Positions 52,972 through 64,000 of a DNA stretch of 64,000 bases are shown here, piece by piece. The translations under genes were made by a program, and so were the position numbers. The notes beneath the pieces are model-generated. The model made no database searches and was not told where the DNA came from. It was given only the letters and a program-made list of their open reading frames with translations. The stretch is taken from positions 1 to 64,000 of the forward strand of contig KZ537993.1 of assembly GCA_000934665.2 (NCBI GenBank), in the 5' to 3' direction. Origin of the DNA: Catajapyx aquilonaris (lineage: Eukaryota). Every line of letters starts with the position of its first letter. Position 1 is the first letter of the stretch.

Positions 52972-53355
52972 CAGGTAGCCCCTACTTTACGAAGGGGTTA
53001 GCTTCCGTTAAAGCAGGGTTTCAAAATGACAAGTTGTAAAAAGAGAAAAAATGATAACGTAATTGAATGAGATTGGTTCAAAAACTGTCATAATTTTCCC
53101 ATGTCCAGCAGTAATATTGCTGTTTCATGCTGAGCATTTGAAACATGTTTAATGGAGGGTTCCAGGTTGAGGGTCATCAAGTCCTGAGGGTTACATGATT
53201 GGACTCACAGGCATTGCAGTGATGTGCTTTTATTGCTTTCATTATTAAAAATTTTTCAATGTGACTTTAAATGTTTTCAATTGTAATTAAAATATTGAAA
53301 AGGTCGTTAATGTGAAACTGGATAAAGTGGGCCGTTGTAAAGCTGGGCCTACCTG
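52972..53355. mobile_element. Degenerate pogo/Tigger-like MITE in hyccin intron 1
   Basis: Imperfect TIRs CAGGTAGCCCCTACTTTACGA / TTGTAAAGCTGGGCCTACCTG followed by TA. Confidence 0.55.
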
Positions 53356-53600
53356 TATAACAACAGTGTGTGTAACTCACTGCCACACTCGAAGGTGAGG
53401 CACTAACCCCGAGGCACTGGGTGGTAATCAGTGCCAATGAGATTTTGACTGCCACGAACAAGAGCTCATGTCTGAAGCACATGATAGAGCTGCATCAACA
53501 TATTTTCCAAGAGTAGATGTAGGGTGCACTGAAAGCGACCAAGGTGCATGACAGCAACAGCGATCACAATGCGCCCTGACATTGCGACAACAGTGTCTAC

Positions 53601-53750
53601 CTCCTGGTACTTGGTCCTCTCCTCCAGCACAGCATGTAGGGCATGGGCCAGCTCCTGGTTGATAGCCTGCCCAGTGGCAAAGCTGTGCAGCTCTGCAGGG
53701 GACAGGTTGGCATAGTCATTGACCCACTCACGCACGGTGTGCTCCGTCAT
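53601..53750 (-). CDS. HYCC1: Hyccin (FAM126, PI4KIIIalpha complex subunit) exon 1
   Basis: ATG ACG GAG...GAG|gtagac; MTEHTVREWVNDY resembles the FAM126 N-terminal VEEWLSEF segment. Confidence 0.88.
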
Positions 53751-54535
53751 CCTTCCTCTGTCCTTCCTCCTGCGGGGCAGCCCTTACCCCCTGACCAGCA
53801 GACCCTTCTCATGCGGCAGGCGAGGAGGTGCCCTGTCCATGTCTTACTGTCAGTCAGCAGAGGAGGAGGGCCAGCAAGTCAGCTTGTTGCATCACTCCTA
53901 CTACTGCTCCTTGTGGGTGGAGGGAACTTGAGGAAATCCTGCTCTGCTGCTGCCACTGGGCCGGAGGAGGGGCATCATCTGGGGCACTGTAAAATCATGA
54001 GGTAGGTCGGGGACTGGCAGGCAGGTGGGGAAGTGGGGGAGGATCCGAAAGGCAGGCGGCGACCACCAAGAAGCAACTAGGTAATAAAAAGGCGGATTAT
54101 CTAACATTGGCCTTGAATGAAAATCTAACCACGTGAGTTGACTGCATATTCGAACACCACTTCGATTATTTTTAGCAGGAATATCCAAGGCCAGAGGGCA
54201 ACTTCACGTGACTCGCGTCGACCGATCAAATAGCCGCTACGTTTTGACAGATAGCCACTTATTGACAGCAGATTGACAGTCAGTTATCAAAAATGTAAAA
54301 TGTGCATAATTATTTATGAACGATATAAATGCCGTTAATGAGTTTCTAAGGTGAATTAATGCTAAATTTGTTTAATGGTAAGTTGTTCGTAATTGCGCTG
54401 CATTTGGTAACTAGCACTTGACGGTTAAAAAATGGCGCCGGTGGAACTTATTGAAATGGAGCTGCTGCCTGCCTCAGGTCCACCGGGTCCACCTCAGGTC
54501 TTTGAGAGAGTTTGAGGTGCCTGGAGTAGGTCAAG
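53751..54535. promoter_or_regulatory. Bidirectional promoter / 5' UTR region shared by hyccin and rotatin
   Basis: 785 bp between divergent ATGs. E-boxes CACGTG (54130) and TCACGTGA (54204), three TGACAG (54245, 54263, 54274), YY1/Pho-like AAAATGGCG (54429). Confidence 0.6.
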
Positions 54536-54575
54536 ATGAGCCAGGTCAGCCTGGGGAGCATCATCCAGAAGCTGG
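54536..54575 (+). CDS. RTTN: Rotatin exon 1
   Basis: ATG...CTG G|gtaagg; MSQVSLGSIIQKL resembles rotatin MVLAGLIRKLGH. Confidence 0.8.
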
Positions 54576-54634
54576 GTAAGGTGATGCATTTTTGGCTCAG
54601 CCAGTGTTGGCCTGACCCTGTGGTTGCTTTGCAG

Positions 54635-54822
54635 ATCACAGCATTTTGGACATCCGGCGTGGGTCTCTGCATAGCATAGTGTCCAAACTGCAGAATGGTT
54701 TGGTCACGGTTGACGATCTGGCCAAGGAGGAGATGCTGTTCGTCAAGCTGATGGACTGGATGCGGGAAGGGGACCAGGCCGATGCTGAGACGGCCATGGA
54801 GCTTATTCACACTCTTACACAG
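54635..54822 (+). CDS. RTTN: Rotatin exon 2 (RTTN N-terminal domain)
   Basis: tttgcag|AT CAC...CAG|gtcagg; HSILDIRRGSLHSIVSKLQNGL...LFVKLMDW resembles [22 protein letters not shown]...LFLHLLEW. Confidence 0.85.
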
Positions 54823-54887
54823 GTCAGGACTTCGCAATTGGCGATTGGCTTAGGTGGTCTAAAACTGGCCTATTTTTGGCTTTGCAG

Positions 54888-55087
54888 AGTGAGAGGGCTG
54901 CAGAGATTCTAAGGGAAGTTGGTGCCTTCAGGGTGTTTGAGAAGCTTCGAGGAGAGAGTAAAACAGCAGACAAAATAATAATCCGACTTCAAGAGCATCA
55001 GCCGCCATCATCAGCCCTAGACGCTCCAGAGTTTGTAGCAATGCCATATCCAAGAGACGTATTTGTTTTGGATTCAGCACCACCAAG
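54888..55087 (+). CDS. RTTN: Rotatin exon 3
   Basis: tttgcag|AGT...CCA AG|gtaatg; AAEILREVGAFRVFEKLR; phases are consistent. Confidence 0.8.
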
Positions 55088-55437
55088 GTAATGCATTAGT
55101 GACCCACAAGCGATGCAGGCCTCACCTTCCACAAGATATATTTCTTGGGTGCCTCTTGAAGAACTGTAGAGTGTACTATACCGTACCTGACTGGTTTCTT
55201 AATCTCTTACGCCTCACCTGGTTTTATTTTTTAAACAATTCCTGATTCCGTATGTAGGCATCTACGAAGGAAATGTGGACAGTGTACTGGGTGCTTGAAA
55301 ATTATTGGTCAGCTCAGTGATGTCAATCACTTTTTACAGGAATTACACACATTTGACGCAGTGTGCATATGTCCATCGCCACTTGAATAATGTGTTTTCT
55401 GTAGCCACATGAGTTTTAATACCAATTTATGCTACAG

Positions 55438-55843
55438 TTTGGTCCTGACGGAATCATCTGCCCCTTCAAATGAAACAACTATGGTGCAGGAAGATCATCA
55501 GGCCCGTCACACAGATTCCCTTCCACTGACCTACTTCCCGTGGCAATTCTTATGTGAGGCTGATAAAGAGGCACTAAAGTCCCTCAACTTGAGTCTTGCA
55601 AGCTCGGGCTGTGGTGAGGTGATGGAAGCATGTGAATTCTTCTCAGAAGTGGTCTTGCAGGACTTTCCAGCAGAGGTCTTCCTGCAGAGGCCTGCGACTC
55701 TGCAGGCCCTGCTTAGCATCATCCATGCCAAGGAGAGATATCAAATGTGCACTGTGGCAGTGCGCTCTCTTCACAGGCTGTCTGATGCACTGCAAGCCAG
55801 GGTGGCTTACTACTTGGATCCAACCAACTATGCTATCAAACAG
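55438..55843 (+). CDS. RTTN: Rotatin exon 4 (alternative in-frame acceptor at 55405 possible)
   Basis: FPWQFL...D and VVLQDFPAEVFLQRP match the rotatin hallmark DFPAEIFLQRP; donor CAG|gtcagt. Confidence 0.88.
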
Positions 55844-56362
55844 GTCAGTTTGGTTTGCTGTGGTTCCTACAGAAATTTTATTGCCGAGGTTTTGAAGTAA
55901 TATGACGTTATACTTCTCAGGCCAGAGACTTGAAATAATTTTGTAACCCTGATCACAAGGGTACCCAATTTGTTACCTCCAGTGTAATTTCTGTTGTGCA
56001 AATCCCGGAGTGAGTTTTGTTGTTGATTGGGATATTTTAGCAATTGCTTTCTACAGTAGCTACACAATAACCCACAACCTCTCACTCATCCAGGGAGGGC
56101 TAAGTCCTGCCCCAGGTCTCTCTCCCACCAATCCATTGCTCCATCTCTGGCTCCTCCTGACCAATACTGGTTTAGTAGCATTGGAAAGACCCCAAAAGCA
56201 TAAGAGAGTGTTAGGCAGAGTCTGAAAATGATTGACAGGACCAGAGTTGTCAGGTAGATAGCTACTGTATTAGACTGCCAGTCTCACATTTATGTCTGGA
56301 AAAATGGTGTTTTCCCCTGTCTGCTGTGCCTGAACAAAACTGAATGTGCAATATATTCACAG

Positions 56363-57886
56363 GTGTCATCTGTACCTGATTCCCTTCTATCATTGACACG
56401 AAAACCAACGAGTCCAAATTTTGAAGACAGCACTCAGCTTGGCTATCAACAGGTGACTCTCCCACAGTTCTGTACTACACTGATTCAAGAAGCAGTACCC
56501 CTGACTAGTTCTACAGATCCCAACTTGAGGAATGCTGCTTTGTACCTTCTCGAGTACATTCTTAGACTGGCTGGAACTTGCATCACGCCAGCAGTAGTTC
56601 AAGACATCAGCTCTCAAGCACGGGAAACCTGTGAGGAGATAATACATGCCATGCAGACATTGGGTGACATCCTGACTCATATCTGTGCAATAGACAGAGC
56701 TACATATGTGATGCTGCTTGGTATTTCTGTCCGCCTGCTAGATATCCTCTACATAGATCAAGAAGAACTAGTCACAATGCCTGAGAATCTGAGGCGTTCT
56801 CTGGTAGAAGCCATATTCGATCCAGTTTTGCCACATAAGTATAGTCGTTTACATAGTCAGGTCAAAAAGTATGTGGAGCAGGTGGACTGTGCAGCTGTTT
56901 CTGCATTTGAACGTGCCTGGGATGTATGTCAGTCAATAGAGTGTGCTGGTTCCTTACTACAGAACATGCCCAGTGCAACAGCAGAACTTGCTAACAATTG
57001 CTTTGACAGTATTGGTTTTCATATGAGTCCTGACATTGTCTCTGCATGTTTTTACATTCTTTCAACACGACCCGAGGATGATGGTGTGGAGAAATTGGCT
57101 GTGCGGCTGCTGGCATATACAGACCTGCAAGTACGTGCAATGGCATACAGTTCATGTGCAGCACATGTACGTGAAGCTCTGGGTGTATCACAAGCTGCCA
57201 ATATTGACCTGTCTGAATCCGGCCGCATCCAATTCCTTCTGAACGCTGTTATCCTCAGTGAAATTGTTATGTTTGGCCTCAGTGACTCTGCAGAGGAAGT
57301 TCATGGCGAGGCTGAGGAAATATTAATATACTTGTTGAAAGGCAAGTGGGTAATGAAACCACAGCAATGGAACAAACTGCTATCTGAAATAATGCCTTTG
57401 CTTCCCTTGCTGGAATGTTTTGCAAGCACAGAAACAGGCATAGGCCGGCTCACCATGGACCTTCTCAATGTAGACTCCCAACTACTGGGAAGAACCGAGT
57501 TATTACGTGGCAATGTGCGACTCTTGTATTCCCGTGAACAAGGTGTTAGAGAAGAGGCACTAATACGCATAGTAAACCTTCTATGCAAGGAAGATCCTTC
57601 CTTTGAGAAAATTCCTAGCCTAGTGTCAGTGAGCAGTGGAGTCCAAAATGACATCCTGCTTGTCACCCCAAGAGACATTGCCAGGAAGCGAGATTATGTT
57701 CCAGTGTATCAGGCTGGCAATCTGCTAAAAGTGCTAGATTTGGTGAGGTCTGATGATGTAGATGGTGACCTACGCAGGAGTGGCTTAAATCAGATCAGTG
57801 TAATGCTGGAGGACCCAAACCTTCACTCCTTGTTCATGGAGTATGGTGGCCTTCAAGTGCTTGTGGAGGTGTTGGAATATGCTGTG
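56363..57886 (+). CDS. RTTN: Rotatin exon 5 (508 codons, ARM/HEAT-like helical)
   Basis: tcacag|GTG...GTG|gtgagt; long open frame including LRRSGLNQISVMLEDPNLH. Confidence 0.9.
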
Positions 57887-57950
57887 GTGAGTATTTGGTA
57901 GTTTTTCAATGGCATTGTAATACTTGTGCTTTCTGTTTTGTTTATTTCAG

Positions 57951-58086
57951 ATAGAGAAACATTACGTGTTCAAGCCTGAGTACATCCCACCCATTCTGAG
58001 CTCCTTCTTCTGCTTGGCCCACCACTTACCAGAGTGTAGAAGAAATCTTTCGAGAGATATGAACACCTTCACTAACATCCTGAGAG
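57951..58086 (+). CDS. RTTN: Rotatin exon 6
   Basis: tttatttcag|ATA...AGA G|gtgagt. Confidence 0.82.
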
Positions 58087-58247
58087 GTGAGTCTTTCTTT
58101 TTTCTCTCACAGATGCAGCTTTAGATTGGAAATTAAATTACAAAATGTTACCTAGCCAAAAATAAAATAAAACATGATGGAAGGACTTTTATTCCTTCCA
58201 AGAAGTACTGGTATATACTGATTAGTTAACTGAGAGTTAATAATATT

Positions 58248-58557
58248 CAGAAGAACCCTGATTATCCGACTCCTCGGTTTATCTGAGCTCCAGCAATAAA
58301 GCTATGTTTTCTCATCAAGTACTGTAATGCAGGCCTACTGAACATTAGTTTTGTATTGCCTTAGTTATTGTAAATACAGTACAGCAGAGTGTGCATGTAA
58401 GGGACAAATACTTCACTATTTCTTAGAAAACCATAATATTGTACATTATTTCATGTTTTTATATGTTTTTGTTGCATTTCATTCAAGCTTTCTTTGCTCC
58501 TCGGATTATCTGACGATACCCCAGTCCCATGGGTGACGGATAATCGGGGTTCTACTG
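58248..58557. mobile_element. pogo/Tigger-like MITE, copy 1
   Basis: TIRs CAGAAGAACCCTGATTATCCG / CGGATAATCGGGGTTCTACTG|TA. Confidence 0.7.
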
Positions 58558-58725
58558 TACAATAATTATTCCAAATAACTTACACTAAAAATTAGAGTGG
58601 TACACAACAGAGTAACTAAAGGTAACTAATGAATAAACAAATTATTTGGCATATGTGTTACCAGGTATTGGACCTTATCATTATATCCCTCAACAAATAC
58701 TGTGTATTTTTCACATTCTATACAG

Positions 58726-59592
58726 GTTTGTTCTTGTTTCGAAGTGAAGAGAAAGTGGTCCAGGATGCATCCTGCCTTCTGGCTTTTCTCATTTACGAAG
58801 AGATGATCCTCTCCGTGCCAGATTCTCCGGATGGCCTGTGGTTCAAAACATCTCTCCCTGATGTTATTGCTCGTTATATGTCCTTGCCTATCAAGGGTCA
58901 CACTCATTGGGTCACCAGCCCAAACACTGAACTGAGGATTAACCTGGACTTTGAAATTGCCAATCCAATGGGGATTCTAAGGGTTGGTTGGAAGCAAGCA
59001 ATGACAGATAATGTGAAATGTTCTCTGATCATGACATTGACAGAGGAAGAAAAGATTCTGCTGGATGCAGCTGATCATGAGGAAACGTCAAAACAAGTGA
59101 TGGCACGTATAGAAAGTGCCATAAGTCATGACTCTGTTATGTCTGAACTGGCAGCTCTTGAAGCACAGATTCTAGTGGTACAGTGCTCCGATAATAATAA
59201 TATGCAGCTACCCTGGGAGCCAACATTCTCACGTTTCCTGGCTGTGTTTCCGGCATCGCTGCCAGATGAGGAACTTCTCTGTGATATCCTGCGCATCCTG
59301 GAGACCTTCTTGAAACGATTCCAGGACAAAGGACTAACAGGGTGGCTTGGGATGATACTGAGTGACTCAAAGCACTTGTTCTACTCAGTGATTCCCAGGT
59401 CCCGGAGCAGGTGGGGTGAAGTAGACAAGAAAAAGAGGCGGCAAGCAGCACACTCCAGGCTTCTAACAGCTGTGGTGAGGCTGATGGAGTATATGGCCAA
59501 GTGCAAGATGGGGGCAGAATGTGAAGGAGTGATGCTGAGAGCTTTAGCAAGAAGGATAGCAGAGCTCTGCAAAGAGGAGCACAAACATTTGG
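58726..59592 (+). CDS. RTTN: Rotatin exon 7
   Basis: ctatacag|GT TTG...TTG G|gtaggg; includes LPWEPTFSRFLAVFPASLPDEELLCDIL. Confidence 0.88.
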
Positions 59593-59903
59593 GTAGGGCC
59601 TTTGTTAATTTGACTCCACTTGTTAAAATAATATTAGACTAATATAATATTGGACACATACTGTGTGAAGAGTATGCACTAAGCCAGTGACCTTGGCTGA
59701 TGCAGAACACTTAATCTCAGGGGTTTTGCCAGAACCATCCAATAAATCTAATTTTAAATACTTATGACGACCTGGTACCTGCTGCCTGCAATTTCCTTGG
59801 CATTGACGGAATGTTGTTGATTTTTCTGTGACTCCGTAATTAAGCTAAAGGTTCTTGCAGCACATCACCACCCCATCAATTAATTGTACTCTTTTCCCGT
59901 CAG

Positions 59904-60142
59904 CATCACTTAACCTTCTTCTACAGCCAGTCTGCCTGACTTCACGTCAAGGTTGGAACAGAGTAGTTGGCAAAGATAGAGATACTTGTAGTCAGTTGGT
60001 ACTCCTGTGCGATGCAACCAACTGGATGTTTGGTGTGGGTGAAAACCAGCAGTTTTCCTTCCTGGGGAAAGGCTTGTGTCTCAAGGCAGTCATCTGTCTC
60101 TGCCATGTTGCCCTTGAAATGACCATTGAGCATGGAACCAAG
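59904..60142 (+). CDS. RTTN: Rotatin exon 8
   Basis: ttcccgtcag|CA TCA...AAG|gtgagc; SFLGKGLCLKAVICLCH. Confidence 0.82.
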
Positions 60143-60210
60143 GTGAGCATATATATATAAGTGGCAGTAATACTCCTTACAGGATGAACTAACCAAAGAC
60201 TTCATTTTAG

Positions 60211-60543
60211 AACTGGTTTCATCTGTGGCTTCCACCTGAAGAAGGCTCCACCCTTCTTTGGTTCTCATCATTTTGGGCCCACAGGGATCCGATGGTCAAA
60301 GCAGCATCAATCCAGATATTGACAGCATTAGTGACAAGTCCTCAAGGACATCAATTTGTGGCCCAGCAACTTCAAGACCTAGAAGGTGGTCTGTGGGGAC
60401 TGGCTTTTCGCTTCCTGTTAGATCCATTTGAGGCTAATATTGTTCGTGAGAAAGCAGCCCTGCTAATGACCAATATGACCAGAAATGTTGGCAAAGTTGA
60501 TGAAGGTTGGGGAGGCCCTGTTATAGTTGACCTAGCAACAAAG
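60211..60543 (+). CDS. RTTN: Rotatin exon 9
   Basis: cattttag|AAC...AAG|gtaaag; WFSSFWAHRDPMVK, GGLWG and VREKAALLMTN resemble rotatin WVDRDPEVR. Confidence 0.85.
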
Positions 60544-60770
60544 GTAAAGAAATTATTGCAACACTTGTTTCTTTGTTGTTCCTTGCCGGCCACAGCAGGC
60601 GTGTCCACAGTCTAGTCATAAATAAATGTCTGGAGATAGGCTAGTGTAATACTGTAGTAATAAAGTGTGTCTATTCCCCATATATTCAAAGTGATCCAAT
60701 TGAAATACCCTCAGTGGTTAGCAAATTTTGGTCACTAAGCTGCTTGTTTATGAACTCGTACTTTTCACTG

Positions 60771-61672
60771 CTGTAAGGGGGGGTGACTTTGTGACAGTTT
60801 TTGAGGTTTTTCGTATCAACAGAAACAATTTAATGTTTTTCCGTTAAATGTTTTGTTGATTATTGTACCCTCATCCTTCCTCTACATATGTGTGTGCAGA
60901 TAATATCGATAACTGTGTGTCCGTTACAAAAATATTCATGTGGGGTGACTTCGTGACAGTAGTCATTGCCTTCAGGTTAAACATGAGAAACAGAAAATCC
61001 CACAAACTCTTAATTTTAGACCAATTTTCAAATTTACAATGATCTATTATTTTATAAAATTAATCATATAATTATAATGTCACATGAAAAACATTTTGTA
61101 GTTTTTTTGGTCTTTTAGTTCACGCCGTAGCTTTGTAAAGTTCTCAGTCGCAGCTAATTTCTTTGGTTGTGTATAATAACGAGTGGTACAGTACCCTAAA
61201 GGACTGGGACACAGGTCAAAACTTTGAATACAAGGGTATCGTAATATCAGTGGACTGACTGTGTGACAAGCTATTACAAAGTCGCCCCTGCAAAAGTACA
61301 AAATTACTTTAACACCCTCGTATCTTCTACCATTCAAGTTCAATCTTGCATCATGTTATATCATTTCTTAGCCAATGAATTTGTCTTTAAAATCATTTAT
61401 GTATTTGACTCTCATCACAATTATGCAGGTTGCTATTATGAAAAGTAGTTGAACATAGAGCCAACAATCCTCGCAGTTTGCAAACTTGGAATGTGACTGC
61501 CAACAATGCATGAGTGGGAGCTTTCCCAACTGTATGCTAGGTGGCACCATATTCACACCCATCTACTGGTGCTGGTTTTAGTCAAATACGTAAAATAATA
61601 GTGGTCCGAGAATCTAAAAACTAATTTGTCACAAAGTCACCCAGCATGTGACAAGGTCATCCCCCCTTATGG
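60771..61672. mobile_element. pogo/Tc1-like MITE with subterminal repeats
   Basis: Ends CTGTAAGGGGGGGTGAC / GTCATCCCCCCTTATGG|TA; repeated GGTGACTT(T/C)GTGACA motif in both orientations. Confidence 0.65.
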
Positions 61673-62232
61673 TATTTACTTTTAGTGGTTATCAATTTAG
61701 CTGCTAATGTCAGGTTGTGAGACTTCTATGTTAGACCCATGCTTTTTAATGCCTGCAAATTGATTTCTCTTGCAATAGTGGTCTCAATGCCAATGTCTAG
61801 TGCCAATTGTTTTAATGGGCCATCTCTAATCGGAAATTTATTGCAATTCATGTTCAATTCAGCCTAAAATTAGAATTAATATTTTCCTCACATGAAATTA
61901 CCTTTGCAATAGTAACTGCTTAAAAATAAGCCGCTTAGTGCAAAAAAGCACAAATCACAAAAATGACATTTCCATTGGAACTATGGGATATCCCCATTGT
62001 TACCATTGTCATTGAAATTTTCTCATTACAGTATTGCCAACAGTGGTGAAGTTGATGTGGACCTCAAAATTTTGAGTAAATGTACTGTTGATCAGGGTTT
62101 ACTGACTTGCTTATGATTGCAGCTTGAAGTATTTGCTCTTATGCATTAACTTGCACCACCTACTTCATTACTGATTACCACTTTCCCAGGGAAATGTCAT
62201 GATGGAATGATTTATTGATTGAAGTATTTCAG

Positions 62233-62452
62233 AAACTTACATCTGGTGTACCTGCTCTGATGTCATCATTGGACCAGAATTATTTCTACCGTGAAGTACG
62301 CAGATTGACTGACGCATACAACCCCTCTTCATCAATCAGCACAGGTGTAGTTACAAGCCTTAGTCAGCACCCAAAGGAGCCGCTTGATTTAGACAATTCT
62401 GATTTGAGTCTGGAGTCATTCTTGCTCATCCCTGGAAGGCGCTTATCATCTG
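62233..62452 (+). CDS. RTTN: Rotatin exon 10
   Basis: atttcag|AAA...TCT G|gtatat; TSGVPALMSSLDQNYFY. Confidence 0.75.
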
Positions 62453-62512
62453 GTATATTCACGTACATTATTTTTCTGTACAATGCAGATGTGTAACGTG
62501 TTCATTCTACAG

Positions 62513-62857
62513 CTTTGTGCCATGGAACAGAAGAGGGGCCCATTGTTAGAGAGCTGAATTGCTGCACCCCAGGTGTCATTGGGAATATATGCTTACTGCT
62601 GCACAATGTGATCTGCCTTGACTCTGACAAGGTAGCTGCCAGACTGAACGAATTTGGCATCTTGGAATCTCTCCTTAGGTGCATGGAAAATGTTCCTACA
62701 AATAATCAACACTGGCATGGTGCCACTTACATGTACACTAAGGCATGCTCCCTTATTGCCCTCTGTGGTCTGAGAGATCATGTGGTTAGGCAACATGTGC
62801 TGCACAACGGCAAGAGCCTGGACACATTTGTGAAGCTATTGGATGCAGAACTTTTTG
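62513..62857 (+). CDS. RTTN: Rotatin exon 11
   Basis: ttctacag|CT TTG...TTT G|gtaatt; TPGVIGNICLLLHNV. Confidence 0.8.
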
Positions 62858-62993
62858 GTAATTATAACTTATTAGGGGGGGTTATAGAAGTCAAGATTCT
62901 CTTTTGCTGTATTTCTAAGAAAGAAATTTTAAGTGCTAATTGAAAAAATCATTATCAATTCAATGGAACCACGTAGCTTTAAATTTATTGATA

Positions 62994-63425
62994 CAGTAGA
63001 CCCCTGATTATCCATCACCCATGAGACTGGGACAGGGCGGAACACAAAAGGTCAGATAATAAGAGCATCTAAATTAACTTGAATGAAACACAACAATAAA
63101 CATAAAATACATCTTAGAAATAGTGAAGTGTTTTTCTATTACGTACACAATCCACCCTACTGTACATTTATAATTTAACTAAGCCAACACAAAACAAAAT
63201 ACATACAAAATACAAAACAAAATCATAATATTGATGAGAAAACATAGATTTATTGCTGGGGAAAATATACTTTCATTTTTCTGTTTTGAAGATGACATCC
63301 TAACATTAGTTGCTTGAGTCTGTCCACTTATTTGGCCACAAAATATCCATAGGTGTTGAAGTAGGATGCTGTCCAATATGCTGAAGAGACTGATATTCAG
63401 AGAGTGGCTAATCAGGGGTCCACTG
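62994..63425. mobile_element. pogo/Tigger-like MITE, copy 2 (same family as 58248-58557, opposite orientation)
   Basis: TA|CAGTAGACCCCTGATTATCC...CTAATCAGGGGTCCACTG|TA; the start matches the reverse complement of the 58557 end (ATTATCCRTCACCCATGRGACTGGG). Confidence 0.75.
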
Positions 63426-63742
63426 TATTTATATTTCACGAAGTCAATTTTGGGAATGAAATTAAGACCATGTCACTGCTTTTGCACTCCTGCGGAGACT
63501 TGATTGTTCAGTTCCCTATCATGCACTTTGCTCCACAACATTTTCACACTAGAGTTGTATGATAATACATCTCCTTGCACCAAAAGTAGACAGATAGTCT
63601 GAGGAATGAGCTGGCTGTAGTATTACATGAAAAGTAGTCAGAGTTCCATGTAATAATTGCTCTCAGGAATTGACATTGTGGACAGGAGTGGGGCAAGTGT
63701 CAGCTTAGTTGGTACCATTAAAATGGTTTGCTTAATTTTCAG

Positions 63743-64000
63743 GTAAAGAAGAACAAGTTAATGAATTGTGGGCTGAAATACTAAACTTGATCACTGTTGC
63801 TCTGAAGGATGCAGATTTGAAGAAGTTAGAGCCATTTTGTGCAGCTTTGGCCAGTGGATGGCGTGGCTATGTATTGAACGTGAAATCATGTCTGAACACC
63901 AAAAGTTCTACAAAGCTTTCAACTCACTCCATGCAGTGTTTATTGGCCATAATGTTGACGTTTGACTGTGAAGTGCGTCAATTTGTGACTTGGACTGTGG
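63743..64000 (+). CDS. RTTN: Rotatin exon 12 (truncated by window end; not in ORF track)
   Basis: ttttcag|GT AAA GAA GAA..., phase 1, open to the end: KEEQVNELWAEILNLITVALKD... Confidence 0.78.

Noticed and set aside
1..64000. CRISPR array, rRNA, prokaryotic operon or intact transposase/RT gene
   Set aside because: No regularly spaced repeats, rRNA motifs or long intronless TE ORFs were seen; most short ORFs in the track are chance frames in non-coding DNA.

Overview
Eukaryotic, arthropod-like (probably insect) genomic DNA. There is no prokaryotic operon, CRISPR array or rRNA. Three spliced genes can be reconstructed with GT-AG junctions and consistent phases. (1) A two-exon myosuppressin-receptor-type class A GPCR (minus strand, 34606-26685, 395 aa). 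(2) Hyccin/FAM126 (minus strand, 53750-43530), with six shared exons and two alternative last coding exons that both begin DDIP. (3) Rotatin/ana3 (plus strand, from 54536, at least 12 exons, running off the window), head-to-head with hyccin. Non-coding DNA carries many non-autonomous DNA transposons (Tc1/mariner, pogo/Tigger and hAT MITEs), tRNA-derived SINE or pseudogene pieces and two (TAT)n microsatellites. The most unusual object is a ~2 kb foldback element (17128-19156) whose inverted arms each carry two tandem tRNA-like Pol III modules pointing inward. Family assignments come from recalled motifs, not database searches.
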